Shown here in pieces: positions 26,512 through 39,745 of a stretch of 64,000 nt of DNA (position 1 is the first letter of the stretch; each line of letters starts with the position of its first letter). Both the position numbers and the translations under genes were made by a program. The notes under the pieces are model-generated. The model was not told where the DNA came from and did no database searches. It saw nothing but the letters and a program-made list of their open reading frames with translations. The stretch is from the human T2T-CHM13v2.0 reference genome, Homo sapiens, in assembly GCF_009914755.1 (NCBI RefSeq), contig NC_060926.1; one strand, given 5' to 3'.

Positions 26512-29474
26512 CTCCATACTGTTTTCCATAATGGCTATACTAATGTACATTCCCAGAAACAATATATGAGGGTTCCCTCTTCTCCACATCCTTGCCAGCA
26601 CTTACATTTCATCTTTTTGATAGAAGCCATTCTAACAGGTGTGAGGTGATATCTCATTGCTGTAATTTGCATTTCCCTGATGATTAGTAATGTTGAACAT
26701 TTTTAATTTACCTATTGATCATTGTTATGTCTTCTTTTGAGAAAAGTCTATTCAGATCCTTTGTCCATTTTTAAAATTGGGCTATTTGTTTTCTTGTTAT
26801 TGAGTTGTTCAAGTTCCATATATATTTTTGATATTAGTCCCTTATCAGATGTATGGTTTGCAAATATTTTCTCCCATTCCATAGGATGTCTCCTCACTCT
26901 GTTGATTGTTTCTTTGGCAGTGCAGAAGCTTTTTAGTTTGATGCAATCCTATTTGTCTATTTTTGCTTTTGGTGCCTATGCTTTTGTGGTCACAACCGAC
27001 AAATTATTGCCCAGACCAATGTCATGGAGACTTTCCCTATGTTTTCTTCTAGTAGTTTTACAGTTTCAGGTCTTAACTTTAAGTCTTTAATCCATTTTAA
27101 GTTTGTGTTTCTTATGGGGTGAGATAAGGGTCCTATTTTATTCTTTTGCATGTGGTATCCAATTTTTCCAGCACCATTTATTGAAGGTGTTATCCTTTCC
27201 TCATAATTTGTTCTTGTCACCTTTGTCAAAGTTGCTTGTAGTTGACTGTTGTTGTGTAGATTTATTTCTAGATTCTCTATTCTGTTCCACTGGTCTCTAT
27301 GTCTGTTTTTTGCCAGTATCATCCTGTTTTGATTATTATAGTTTTGTAGCAAATTTTGAGATGTCTCCAGCTTTGTTCTTTTTGCTGAAAGATTCCTTTG
27401 GCTATTTGAGATCTTTTGTGGTTCCATAAGACTTTTAGTATCATTTTCTCTATTTCTACAAAAAAATGGTCATTTGAATTTTAATAGGGATTGCACTGAC
27501 TTTATGGATTGCTTTGGGTAGTATGGACATTTTAACAATATTAATTCTTCCAATCAATAAACATGGAAAATCTATTTATTTGTGTCTTCCTCAGTTTCTT
27601 GTATCAGTGTATTATAGTTTTCAGTGTATAGATCTTTCACCTTCTTGGTTAAATTTGTTCTTAAGTATTTTATTTTATTTTATTTTATTGCTATTGTAAA
27701 TGGGATTCCTGGGTTTCTATTGTACTGTATTCTCTGGAATATTCCTGGGACTTCCAAGATAATGAAACATTGTGGAAATTCCATACTTGGGCAAGTAGGA
27801 CTTGGCTAAATACTTTAATGTACAGCACCTGAGCTTGTCACTGCCAAGATATCAAATCCCCTTTTTACTCTAAACTCAGTACTAGCTGATGCTTACTGTT
27901 TTCAGATATCCAGTCATAAACAATTAAAAAGATATTCCTTTTTCTCTTCATAGAAATCTCCTCACCCCCTGTGCCAAGATAAAGATACTTCCTGTTGTGA
28001 CTTTCAATGTTCAAACCACTAGAATTGATGATTTCTGGTAACCTCAAAGAAAAGACCGCAGTGTGTGTACATGTGGCTACAGCCATCACCAGAGGTTTCA
28101 ACCTAGGCCCATGAGCCTCAAAGGGCAAGTGTAAACAAGAGTTCCTCATTAAATCTGAGTTTGGCATTAGTAAGACTGTCCAAAGATTATATTTAAGTAA
28201 CTAAAGTGTTACTATATTCCTTCTTGCAGCCCAGCCATGACCCTAATTAATGTGTCTAGGGTGGACATGTATTTCTTCAAGTAATGGGTGGTTTTGTTTG
28301 GACAATTAGACCAAGCTGACAAGGAAATTTTCCATCAAACCAAGTCATAAAAAGTACATTATTCAGCATTATTATGAGTTAAGCAGTATTTATTACCTGA
28401 ACTTTACAATACTCTATTATCAATCATTACCTGCCATTAAGGTATGTTAACATGAGATCAAAGAGAGAAACCAAGCTAAACAAACAGTCATGTCTACAAG
28501 TTGCTTTAGTGCTGTTCCTTTAAAGAGAGGCAAATGTCATTGAACTGAAGGATGGACAATTTGCATTTAACCAGAAGATGCTAATCAGTTGTACTGTGAC
28601 AAGGCAGTGATTATATAAATTCCGTGCTTGTTATTCAATTGACAAGACAAAGCTGGTTTCCAGGGAATTTCTAAAAAAGGCAAAAAAAAAAAAAAAAAAA
28701 AGCCCAGAGTAAAATGTGAGATACAAAAGTCCAGTTTTGATGGGCACTAGTAAAGATTCATTGCTGTATCAATTCTTAGCAACAATACTGCCTCGGAAGT
28801 CACTAAAAATGATATCAGCCGAATAGATCTAAAGAGGAGACCAAATGTTTTTAGCAAAGTTGTAAAACCTTGGAAACCACCTCCTGAACAAACACTCTAA
28901 AAGCTCAGAAGTCTAAGACAAGCTAACAACGCCCTGGCTTTAAAATATATTCTTGTCACCACCTCTTCCCTCTTACTCTGGAGCCAAGCACACAAACAAG
29001 GGTTCTGAAAGGTTTCCCTTTAAAAAGCACATTCCTCCTCCTTCATTCCAGAAGCACATAATCCCATCCTTTCTGAAATCAAGCTCTTCCATTCATGCCC
29101 ATTGGCTTCCTTCCCTGTATGTTAAAGCTGATGCTTGAGAAGAGATAGCTAGTGTTCAATTTGAGCTCAAAGGCATCTGCAAGTAATTGAGGAGATATTG
29201 AATACTTTTGTTTATACAAAATACAGGAAGGTGTCCTTCTGAGGATCAAATATTCTTCTAAAACTGTAACTACATTCTCTGACTGATCTAAAATGGACAG
29301 TGCACATCCACAGCAGAGAAAAAGGGTAAAGATTCTTAGTTTGTTACTTTTAACATTAGGCAATCCTGCCTGCTAATGTAGCATAATTGTCCACTAGCTG
29401 GACAATTGTTTTTCAAGTTATGTTACTTATAGGGATTCTCAAGGGTGACTAAAGAAGCCACTTAGTACAAATTA

Positions 29475-30320
29475 TCAATCAATCAACAAAGTATATTGAG
29501 TGTCTCAGTGCAGTGGGGGGGGTGGGTCACAATAGGATAAAACTTGGCCTCTGTCTCCATGAGATGCAAGGTGACATACACAGAAAGACGGCCAACACCA
29601 TTGACCAGGCAGGGGGAATAGCAGTGAGGACAGGGGGAGGAGTGAGCACCGCTATGTTGGAAGGCGAGCCACTGAGTGCATATTCATTCAGTGCGAGCGG
29701 TGCAGAACTCTGAGTTAACCCCTAGGCAGACAGGACCAAGCTGGAATGGGTAGACTTCAGACAAGCAAACAGGAGCAAGGCTTGGCCCTTCTCAGTGGTC
29801 AATGACTTAAGCAAAATGCCTGTGTCAATATATAGATGACTCTTCCTTTTCTATCCAGACAGCTGAGTTTCAGGAGTACACATGGCATAATTAGATCAAT
29901 CTGAAAGGTGTAGAGAGTTTCGTGTGGCCCTGAGGAGAGATCTGTAAGTTTGAAATATATGTTTGGAACCAAATGATGAAGAGGCCTGAAAGCCAGGCTT
30001 AGAAGGAAATTGATCCAATTAAGAGGTGCTTCTCCTCTGAGGATTTCTAAAGAGGGGCATGGCAGAACAAAAGTGGTATTTGGGGCAGATTCTTTTGGTC
30101 AAGAGGTATCTGGGAGGCTGGGGTGTGGAAAAGTTGGAAGCCAGGAGGTTAGACCAGAAGTTACCATGGTAGCCATTTCTGCAGGGATGTGAGGCAGGGG
30201 CTGTAGGCTGTTGTGAATAGGAGTGTGCTGGAAAACTAGAAGGAATAGAGGGACAAGGGAGAGAATTCCAAAGCTTGGAGCCATCGCTGTGGGTGACAAA
30301 TGTGGATGCTGGAGTGCAAT
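29475..30320 (-). mobile_element. LINE-2 fragments
   Basis: aatcaatcaacaaagtatattgagtg L2 tail; purine-rich L2 body (ggaagccaggaggttagacc). Confidence 0.55.
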
Positions 30321-30389
30321 AGTAGTGATAACTGTTGTCCTCCAGTTTTCATTCTCCCTCTCTTCCTTTAGTAACCAAACCCTGGATTT

Positions 30390-30645
30390 TAGAGGCAGCA
30401 TTGCAGAATGGTCAAGATCACAAATTTCGGATTCAGCCTGTGAGGGTCTGAATTTCACCACCATCAATTACTATCTGATGACCTTGCTGAGGTATTCTAC
30501 CTCTCTGTGCCTCAGTTACCCTACCTGAAAAGTGGGAATAACAATTGTGCTTACCTTATAGAATTGTTGTAAGTCAGTTTGTATAAAGCTCTTAGAATAG
30601 TGCTTGGTTTCCAGGGAGCGCTATGTACATGTCAGCTATGTTATG
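30390..30645 (+). mobile_element. MIR
   Basis: tgaccttg...acctctctgtgcctcagttaccctacctgaaaagtgggaataacaat. Confidence 0.8.
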
Positions 30646-30649
30646 AGCT

Positions 30650-30976
30650 GAACACACAGCTGTAGCATTTCTAGCTCTGTGTAGCATTTGTCCAAGTATT
30701 AACCAATGGGATGTGAGAGGAAGCAGTGTGTACAACTTTCAGATTGCACCCTTAGAGGGCGCCTCTTCTTCCTGCTGGTGGGACCATGGACACACTGAGA
30801 CCATGAGATATAGTGTGTAAAGGAGCTTAAATGACTGATACTGTGAGGCACCACACCAGCCCTGGGCTGCTTATGTTTCTATTACTACCTGAGAAAAATA
30901 AAACTCTATCTGATTTGAGTCACTATTGTTTTGGGGTCTTGGTTATAGCAGCTGACCTGTATTTAAATTAATACAC
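30650..30976 (+). mobile_element. MLT1 LTR fragment
   Basis: accaatgggatgtgagaggaag...gagaaaaataaaactctatctgatttgagtcact...taataca. Confidence 0.6.
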
Positions 30977-31597
30977 ATGGACACAGATGAAGCCTAGTGG
31001 AGGCTTCTAAGATACAAGATGGGGGCTTGTGTTTGGACATGTCTCAGCTACTAGAGGTGAAAGAAGAGTCTCCACCCAGCCACTGCTCAAAAGATTTGGG
31101 GCTCCTGTCTGCTGATTGTCTGCATTGGGACTTTTAGCTCATTCCACCTGGCTCACATGGCCTACACAGAGGGTGGGCTGCCCTATGCCTCTGAATCCAG
31201 GACCTAAGGCTGCAGATGACGTTTGTGTGCCTCGTCTCCCCTCCCAGTTTGTCCTGCATGCTCATTTTAACTTGATTTCTACCCACATAAAAATGCTAGA
31301 GTTAGAGGAAGTTATTGTGATTCACCCAAGTTGGTATCTATTCCTAGGAATGACCATGCCTAAATTGCTAGTGATGCCTTCACAAAAAGAGGAGCCGAGA
31401 GGAGGTACTGAGTGTGAGGTGGTGATGGGACATACAAGGAAATGTCCAGCCATTGGTTAAAATACATAGACCTGAGCATAGAAAACAAGACAGAGCCATG
31501 TGATACACATAAAGTTTGATATTGGCTTCCAATCTGTAGCCATCATCCAAAACCCTGTGTAAGAGACTTAGAGCTTTACTTTAAAAAAAGCAATCTT

Positions 31598-31889
31598 GGC
31601 CTGGCGTGGTGGCTTGCACCTGTAATCCCAGCACTTTGGGAGGCTGAAAGGGGCGGATTACTTGAGGTCAGGAGTTTGAAACCAGCCTGGCAAAGATGGC
31701 GAACCCCATCTCCATTAAAAATACAAAAAATTAGCTGGATGTTGTGGTGCATGCCTGTAGTCCCAGCTACTAGGGAGGCTGAGGCAGGAGAATCGCTTGA
31801 ACCTGGGGGTGGAGGCTGTAGTGAGCCAAGATTGTGCCACTGAACTCCAGCCTGGGGACAGAGTGAGAATGACTAAAAAAAAAAAAAAA
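31598..31889 (+). mobile_element. AluS with TSD
   Basis: Full dimer; TSD aaaaaagcaatct. Confidence 0.95.
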
Positions 31890-32329
31890 GCAATCTCATT
31901 CCTTCTAGTCACACATTCAGGATGCCCTGCTGTCCCCCATTTATCTATGGTTAGGTTTCATTTCTTGAAATTGTGTTAAGTAGATTCTCTATCCAGTCCT
32001 TCCTCCTTATCACTGCCATCAAAACTCTGACGAATTACTTGATCCTGCCTCTGCTTGCTCTAAAATCTTCACTGACTCTACAAAGCTTTCTGGGAAAAGT
32101 GGAAATAATTTAGGTTAAAGCTGAAAACTTACAGTCTTCTATGATCTAATATCAACATTTCTGACTAACTTTAGCTCAGAATTCTTTTTAAAATAAAATC
32201 TATATTTTATTCAAAACAAGCTCCTAACTCTTCCCTTTTTCCTGCTTCTTTGCCAATCTTTATACCATGGCTTCTTCCTGGAATGACTCTCCCCTTGCCC
32301 CTCCTTCTCCATCACTTAAATAGAAGCTA

Positions 32330-32731
<402 letters not shown>

Positions 32732-32889
32732 TTAGTTGTCTCTTCTCTATATATCACCTGCTGCCTCAAATTACATATTTGTTCATGTCCTACACCTTCT
32801 ACATTCTTGTTGGAGATCAAGGATATTTTTCAGTTTCTTCATACGGCCTGAACCAGTGTCTTAAACATTTATTGAAATGGTGAGCTTGT

Positions 32890-33232
32890 GTTTAGCATAT
32901 AACACTCCTGGACAAATTAAAGTCCTTTTAGATTTTATGTAAGACTCTGAGAGAATGAAGCTTTTTTTAGTTCTTCATGGGACTGTTAAACTGGATGATG
33001 TAATTCTAAAGCTGTCTACATGAAAGAAGGAAGCCCTTGGGCTGAAGGAGAAAAGCAAGAGCAAGTAAAAGACAGAAAAAGCCAACAACATCATTTGGAT
33101 TGTTGTAGCCTACAAAGACAGTTCCAGCCTTAGGCTTCCCCTGATCTACACCCCAGCAAGTTTCCTTTGTTGCTCTTGTTTATTTGAGGTGGATTTCTAT
33201 TCTTGTGAATAAAAGAGTCCTCACCATTTACA
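32890..33232 (+). mobile_element. Old MLT1 LTR fragment
   Basis: ttcctttgttgc...tttgaggtggatttctattcttgtgaataaaagagtcct resembles an MLT1 3' end. Confidence 0.5.
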
Positions 33233-33279
33233 CATGCTGAGAGGCTTCTAGTATTCTGAAGCATATAAGATTAAGTTAC

Positions 33280-34765
33280 CCTAAACACATTCCAGCTGTG
33301 TCCCTGAACATCTGTGAGGCACAACATATGTTCTTCTAAAGCCTCTCACTATTCTTGTTTCATTTAAGATGAGGGTATTTGATAACACATCAGATTGTTT
33401 GCAAAAGGGCTTATTATCTGTTCTATCAATTATTGTTAAGGAACTTAAATTTCATAAAAAGAATCCACAGACTGATGAGGGTATTACACTACCAAGAACT
33501 GCACCCTTTTCTCAACCCTACAATTTGGGGAATTTCTGAGCCTGTTGGTCAATCCAAATGTCACATTTCTAATGACCCAATAAAATACCCTAGTCTAGCT
33601 CCATGTGCCTCAGAAACTAGGGGGCAGCTTCTAATAGACGGGCTGTCTGCTCTTACTAAAAGGAAATACTCATCCCCAGAAAGCCTGCATGTCATCGTGG
33701 ATAAACCAACTTCTGCTCATGCTGCCAAGAATTTCATCGGTGCTCTGCGTACAAATTCAGCAGTCCAAATGCAAATTCAAAAGCAGAACAGTCATGCACT
33801 CTTCACACCTATTAAAGTGAAGTCAAGGAAGAGTTCCCACAACCTGGCACTACGACAGTAAAATCTAGGAGTTGTATCATCTTCAGAAGTTCAAGAAAAA
33901 ATGCCTCTGGCTAAATTGAAAGTAGAAATGGCTATATATGCAACCATAAGTCAACTCTAAAATGAATAAAGACACTTTTTAAGACAACATTATTTCAGAA
34001 GTACTTTTTATTGCCCAAGATTGAAACAGAGACGAATTAGTCAAGTTTGTATCAGTAATACAGCTGATAGTTCTTGAAGTTTTGTTGTGAAATGCTACCT
34101 TCACAGGAAGCTCCAATTTGTCAGTGCAAGGGACAGTGAAAAGTCTCTTGGGAAAAAATCGGTTCACACCTCCAGGAATCCTGGCCTAAAAGATTCACAC
34201 CATTGGAAAAATCTGCAATTGGAAAACTGTCACATGATTTCCCTGGGCATTTGCTTAGGAAGATGAAAGAGGTATCAGTGTATTTCCATCTGGTTCCATT
34301 CATTGCACAAAATCATTTGAAAGTTTTAAAAGGAAACAATAAAGAGCCTGAAAATCTAATCAAACTAGGTATCCAGTAGCCAATAGGTGACAGCAATTGG
34401 GCAGATTTTGCAACTTACTAAGATGAGACTCTGAGATGGCTCCTGACCAAGGCATGGGGATACCATTCATTGTCAAAGCCTGTAATTCTTTCAGCCTTTC
34501 ATGGTCTTGTTGGTGGAATTTCTTTTTGTTTTTTTGCAAAATGTGGCTCTTTCAAATTTATTAACAGTTGATTGTTGATGCCACTCTTCGAATCTTTTCC
34601 TAATACTTCATAGACAACATACTTTCTGAGATCCCAAGGGTGCTATTATGTTTTGAAGTGTTCCATATCCAAACTTCAACCAAGGAAAAACTTGATGACA
34701 GATTTCAAGAACTCTTGAATCATTTCAATGCATCAAATATCAAAGAAAAATAAAGAAATGTAAGG
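33280..34765 (+). pseudogene. Highly decayed Ty3/Gypsy (Mag-like) internal region: gag, zinc knuckles, protease, RT
   Basis: Collinear motifs from manual translation: GTTYVLLKPL...SIIVKELKFHKKNPQTDEGI (33318-33485); CSCCQEFH (33714); MNKDTF*DNIISE...VQGTVKSLLGKNRF (33962-34160); LIKLGIQ*PIGDSNWA...DETLR (34356-34440); FIDNILSEIPRVLLCFEVFHIQTSTKEKLDDRFQELLNHF (34607-34726). Confidence 0.75.
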
Positions 34766-34774
34766 TCAAACATT

Positions 34775-34967
34775 CTAGGGTCACAGTACCATATCCAATA
34801 ACTATCTGGGTGACTGTAAGCACACTACTTAACCTCTCTGAGCTTTAGCTTCCTCATCTGTAAAATAGGAATCCTACTTTACTCACAGAACCATTACAAG
34901 GATTGAATAAGACACAATATATGTGAAAGCAAATAGCACAGTGCCCAGCAGTAAAGTTTTAGTAAAT
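34775..34967 (+). mobile_element. MIR
   Basis: acttaacctctctgagctttagcttcctcatctgtaaaatagg...atatatgtgaaagc...agcacagtgcc. Confidence 0.8.
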
Positions 34968-35060
34968 AGGGTTGCCATGTGTCTGGTTTTAAACCAGACA
35001 GTCCGGTATTTGAGTTTTCTTTCTGAGAAACAGATAGAGAAAAGACCAGACATATAAATG
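34968..35060. mobile_element. MER94/MER81-like hAT-Blackjack fragment
   Basis: agggttgccatgtgtctggtttt...gacagtccggta resembles a Blackjack terminus. Confidence 0.4.
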
Positions 35061-37096
35061 TAAATGTGAGTAAGTGTTATCGTTACTGTCATGGAATGTC
35101 TTGTGCATGAGTATTAGAGCTTTCTCTCACTAGGACAATTTGTCCCAAGGAATGAGAGGGAACACGCGTCACTGAAACTTGCTTCTGGTACCATGAGGCA
35201 GAAGAAAGCTCAGCATGCACTTTGCTGGGTACTAGGTTCCACCATTGCTGTTGGCCAGGTGCATGGAATGGGCACTGCAGTGGTGCTCAGTGTACCATTC
35301 GTGACAGTGTGGTCCTTGCCCAGCTCTCATTTTCCTCTATCTCCTTGTTCTTCTTTTTGGTAGGGGATATTTGGCCGTTTTATACTGAAGGGCAGACTAC
35401 TTAAGAATGAAGAATATTGAATTTTTCATTAAATTTCCAAATTGTTTAAGACAAAAACCATTTTTTTCCAGTAAGAAATTACATTTTAACCAAAATTACA
35501 CTTGCCAGTTCTTGTCATTAAATCGTCAGTGTTCTGGGCAGGTCAGCACAGTATCTCCTCTGCCCGACTTTTCTTAAGTTTGAATTTATTCTGCCTGAAG
35601 GTCCCCGTTCAGGAAAGCCCAAATGGCCTATTGTTACCTGGAGTGGCACCCCTCCAGGAGCTCAAAGTGTGGTCATAACCTCAAAACCCACTAGAGACTG
35701 AAGTCCAATTTACTTTGCTTATCTGAGTGATACTTGCTCAATTAGTATTCTATTTCACTTCCACCAAAGAGAGACAAGAATCATTTAGCCTATTCATTGC
35801 CAATTGGAAACATTGTCCCACACTGTTGGATTCAACAGCCTAAATTTGCTTTCTAGAATGTCAACGTGTTTCTTTCTAATCTAATTGTAGCAGACTTCAG
35901 TTTCTCTCCAAAGGCATTTCACCTAAGAGTGTTGGGTCCTTGATTATCCTCAAGATTTCAGACACACCAAACGGTCCCTCCTCGCGAAGAATAGCCTATA
36001 GATCACACCATGCCCCACTTGAAAATTTTTAAACACTTCTCAGGAATAAAGATTTTCAAAGAATGTGGGGTTATCCCTTTACGGTTTGTTCTGAAAGCAA
36101 TCTGGGGAGAAAATCTCCTTTCTCAGGAAAAGCCAGTTCCTTGAGTTGTTGCCTACAAATGTAGCCATAACATCTCTGACCAGCTGTCTAAGCTCAAGCT
36201 TAGAAAAGTTGAATGTGGTTCCCAGATTCTGTGGCACCCCTGTCCACTGGAAGTTTTGAATGTCCCAGGATTTGACTGACTCACTTCTTTAGAGTAATTA
36301 GGTTGAGCAGTTAATTGCACAGATGGCTTGTTGCTTCATTCCTTTAACTTGGATGAAGGGGATTCCCAAAAGGGCAAGCATCTGAATCATTCAATGGTTA
36401 TACAAACTATCCTAATTCAGTTATCTTTTCAAAAAGGAAATTTTATGAAGCATTTGTTATTTTAGAATCTGACATCATGCTGTCCTTGGTTCCCCCACAG
36501 AAGTAAAGGAAGAATAGGGTGGAGACTAAAGAAAGCTAGAAGCTACATTTGGTGGCCTAAATTATATTCTTTTTCATTCTAATAAAATCTGATCCATATT
36601 TTCTTTTAAAAGTAATACTAACTCATTATAGAAAAAATTTTAAAATACAGATACAATTTTTAAAAAGGGACAATCACCACTGAGTTAATCAAAATTAAGC
36701 AGAGTTTTTAAAAAAACTTCAGGACTTCTGAGATCCTTGGGTGTTCTTGACAAGAACATTTGTGTGTTTCATCAAGAATGCCTGTTCTACCCATTACCTA
36801 TTCATAGTCCCTGGAAACACAGTTTGGAAAATACTATCCTAGGGAGTAGTCATAGTTTAAGATATAATTTACACTAGCTAGCAATTAATTTTTGTAAATA
36901 TTTTCTCGGTAATTATTTTGCCAGTGGGGTAGAGCTTGAGGAGATAGAAAGTTACAATTCACTCCACTGAGCAAAGAGCCCATCAAAATCCAGAAATAAG
37001 ATGAAGACAGTTGTGGGTTGGCTCCAGGATGATAAACATTACTTGCTTCATAACTGGCCCCAGCACACAGTATCTTTGTAAATATATGTCTCATGT

Positions 37097-37596
37097 TGTG
37101 ATGGTTAATTTTATGTGTTAACTTGACTGGGCCAAAGGATGCCCAGATAGCTGGTTAAACTTATTTCTGGGTATGCCTGGAAGGGTGTTTCTGGAAGAGA
37201 TCAGATTGAATTGGTAGACTGAGGAAAGCAAATTGCCCTCCCCATTGTAGTCATGACTCATCCAATCTGTTGAGTGAGTGAATAGAACAAAAAGGCAGAG
37301 GAAAGTTAAATTTGCTTTCTGACTCCTTGAGCTGAATGTCAATCTTCTGCCTTCAGCACTCCTGGTCCTCAGGCTCTGAGACTGAGACTGGAATCTACAC
37401 CAGTCTCCAGCTCTCCAGCTCTCAGGACTTCAAAAGACACCTTCAGACTTCCTGGGTCTCCAGCTTACAGATCGTGGGACTTCTCAGCCTCCATAATTGC
37501 ATAAGACATGGGCCAAAAATATATTATCTATGTATTTACATAGATAAATATCTATCTTCTTTGGCTCTGTTTCTCTGGAGAATCCTGACTAACACA
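37097..37596 (+). mobile_element. MLT2 (ERVL) solo LTR
   Basis: tgtgatggttaattttatgtgttaacttgactgggc...ggatgcccagatagctgg...ctggagaatcctgactaacaca; TSD catgt/cttgt. Confidence 0.9.
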
Positions 37597-38044
37597 CTTG
37601 TACAAAATGCTGCATCCCTCTGTTGTATGCTGCTCTCCCTGGTTTGTGTAACCTTTATCCTTTTACTTATAAAGCCCATTTAGAAAAAAAGTCCACTAAC
37701 CTCTGCATATCTGACACTTTATTGGAATTTACATGTGAAATGCTAATAGCCCCAATGGTCAGTTCAGGATTCCCATTTCAATCCCATCTTCCTAAGGCAT
37801 CTCTTGGTGGAGAGTGACTTTCTCACTGCTTATTACAAAATAGATACCTTTGCTTGTTTTCTTTTCTATTTCCCAAGACATCAGAAAGCCTTAAGGAATA
37901 GAAGTCCCATGGTCTTCGTTTTACTGATTCTTCTCTCCTACATTTTCTCTGACTTCTTAACTTTAAAGAGATTCCTTAAGCTTGGTGTCTTTGCCCTAAC
38001 ATGCGGGCCACATTACTTGAGGCCTTGCTCTAAGAGGCAGAATA

Positions 38045-38290
38045 TATCAATAGCATGAGCTCACATCTGTAATGTCACCTCCATGTGCCTGGCACTGTGC
38101 TAAGCACTTCACATAGATTATCTCATTCAGTCCTCACGAAACCAAACCAAAACAGAACAAACAAAACGTTTGTAATTCCCTTTCTACAGGTGAGGAAGCC
38201 TGGGCTTGGCAGCTTTTCTAGAATTTCACAGTGGCAGAACAGGATTTGAATTCAGAGCTGTCTAACTCCCAAACCCATATTATTAACTGC
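38045..38290 (-). mobile_element. MIR
   Basis: atgtgcctggcactgtgctaagcacttcacat...ctacaggtgaggaagc...ggatttgaattcag. Confidence 0.75.
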
Positions 38291-38312
38291 TGCCCTTATA
38301 GTCAGTTTAAGG

Positions 38313-38501
38313 CAGTAGTTTTCAAAGTTTGGCTCCTGAAACAGCACCATCAGCATCACCTGGGACCTTGTTACAAATGCAGATTCTCAGGTACCACCGT
38401 AGACCTATGAAATCAGAAACTCTGAGCAGGGGGACCAGCAATTTGTGCTATAACAAGCCTTTCGGGTGATCTGATGTACGCTAATATTTTAAAAACCACT
38501 G
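38313..38501. mobile_element. MER5A, near full length
   Basis: Terminal inverted repeats cagtagttttcaaa / ttaaaaaccactg; internal cagcatcacctggg...aaatgcagattctcagg. Confidence 0.88.
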
Positions 38502-39554
38502 CTCTGAAAACCTAGCAGGAGGGCTTTAGGTCAATGGTGAGAGATAATTTTTTGGCAGCATTGTTAACACTGGTGTAGGCCACCTCAAAAAGCTCCACTC
38601 AGACTTCTTTTGCTGGGGTCTTGAACATGTTTGAGCCTGATGAGTGCGGAGGGGCCAGTATCTCCCGCTACTCCCAACCTTATGGACCCTTCTCTCAAGT
38701 ACACAGCACCACGCTGCTGAATCTGAGTGGCAGCCCAACTCTCTCAACGACACCAGAAAAAAATCTGACCTTAAAATTAAGCCTAACAAAAAACAGGATT
38801 CTGATTCCTTGTATAGGTGCTGGAAAAATAATCAGCGGCAACAGGGAGGAACATCATCATTGCTTTCTCCCTTCCTACTCACCCAGTGCAGTGGCATGCC
38901 ATATATTAGCAGGCACTTTACATCAGACTAATTCAAATCCCCCTGTCAGACAAATCCCACCTATGAGCACTGCTGTCTACACCACATAACACCACATAGA
39001 TCAAGAGCGGGAAGAGGCCAAAGTCATGAACGCCATAGCTTTCCATAAAAGTTAATTAATGACAGAAGCATATTGCTGGGAATGGCAACACGATCATTAT
39101 TTACGGTTCAGGAAACCCCAAATGTAGGCACTTCCCTTTTCCTTTTCCCCAGCCCCAGGTCTACCCATGAGAAGTTTACTTCATTCATTTCAGTAACTTT
39201 GTGAATCATTTGCCAAGTCAGCGAGAACATGTAGCATGGAATACATAAACATTAATATGACAGCTGAACATCCAACACATGTCCCAGGAGAAATGGACCA
39301 CCCATTGGATGCTGCCCTGTTCTTTTCTGTCCCTGTATCTGAACACTTTTCACACTTCACATTTCTACAGTCGTTAACAGTTCTAACCTGGCACCCCCAA
39401 GAACACAATTTCCCCAAGGAACCTTACTGCTAAAAGCTTCAAAAAAAAAAAAAAAAAAAAAACCCTTTCCACCTTCCCAGCCACACCACCGCACACAGGC
39501 ATGGGCCAGCGACCAGAGAAACAACTCAGCACTGACACGTAGTTATCACTTTGG

Positions 39555-39745
39555 GAGGCTGTGTAGCAGAGTGGGGGAAAGTGGACATCTGGCTTCGAAT
39601 TCAGGTGAGATGTTCTTAGTGTCCTCATCCATAAAATGAATCCAATAATAACACTCAGCTTCAAGAGTTGTTGTGGGGTTTGAACCAACATGACGTGTGC
39701 AGTGCAGCACCTAGTGTTGAGTAAGGGCTAAGTAAACATTAATGG
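39555..39745 (+). mobile_element. MIR
   Basis: cttagtgtcctcatccataaaatga...gagttgttgtggggtt. Confidence 0.6.

Noticed and set aside
33379-33861. 160-aa + strand ORF (MITHQIV...VIVDKPT...), the longest non-L1 ORF; VIVDK first suggested a hAT catalytic motif
   Set aside because: It has a non-ATG start and no further hAT motifs. The other frames of the same DNA match Gypsy gag motifs better, so this looks like an incidental frame.
35480-36400. Searched for an RNase H/integrase continuation of the Gypsy fossil
   Set aside because: No DAS, HHCC or DDE-type motifs were recognised in the frames I inspected; the check was not exhaustive.
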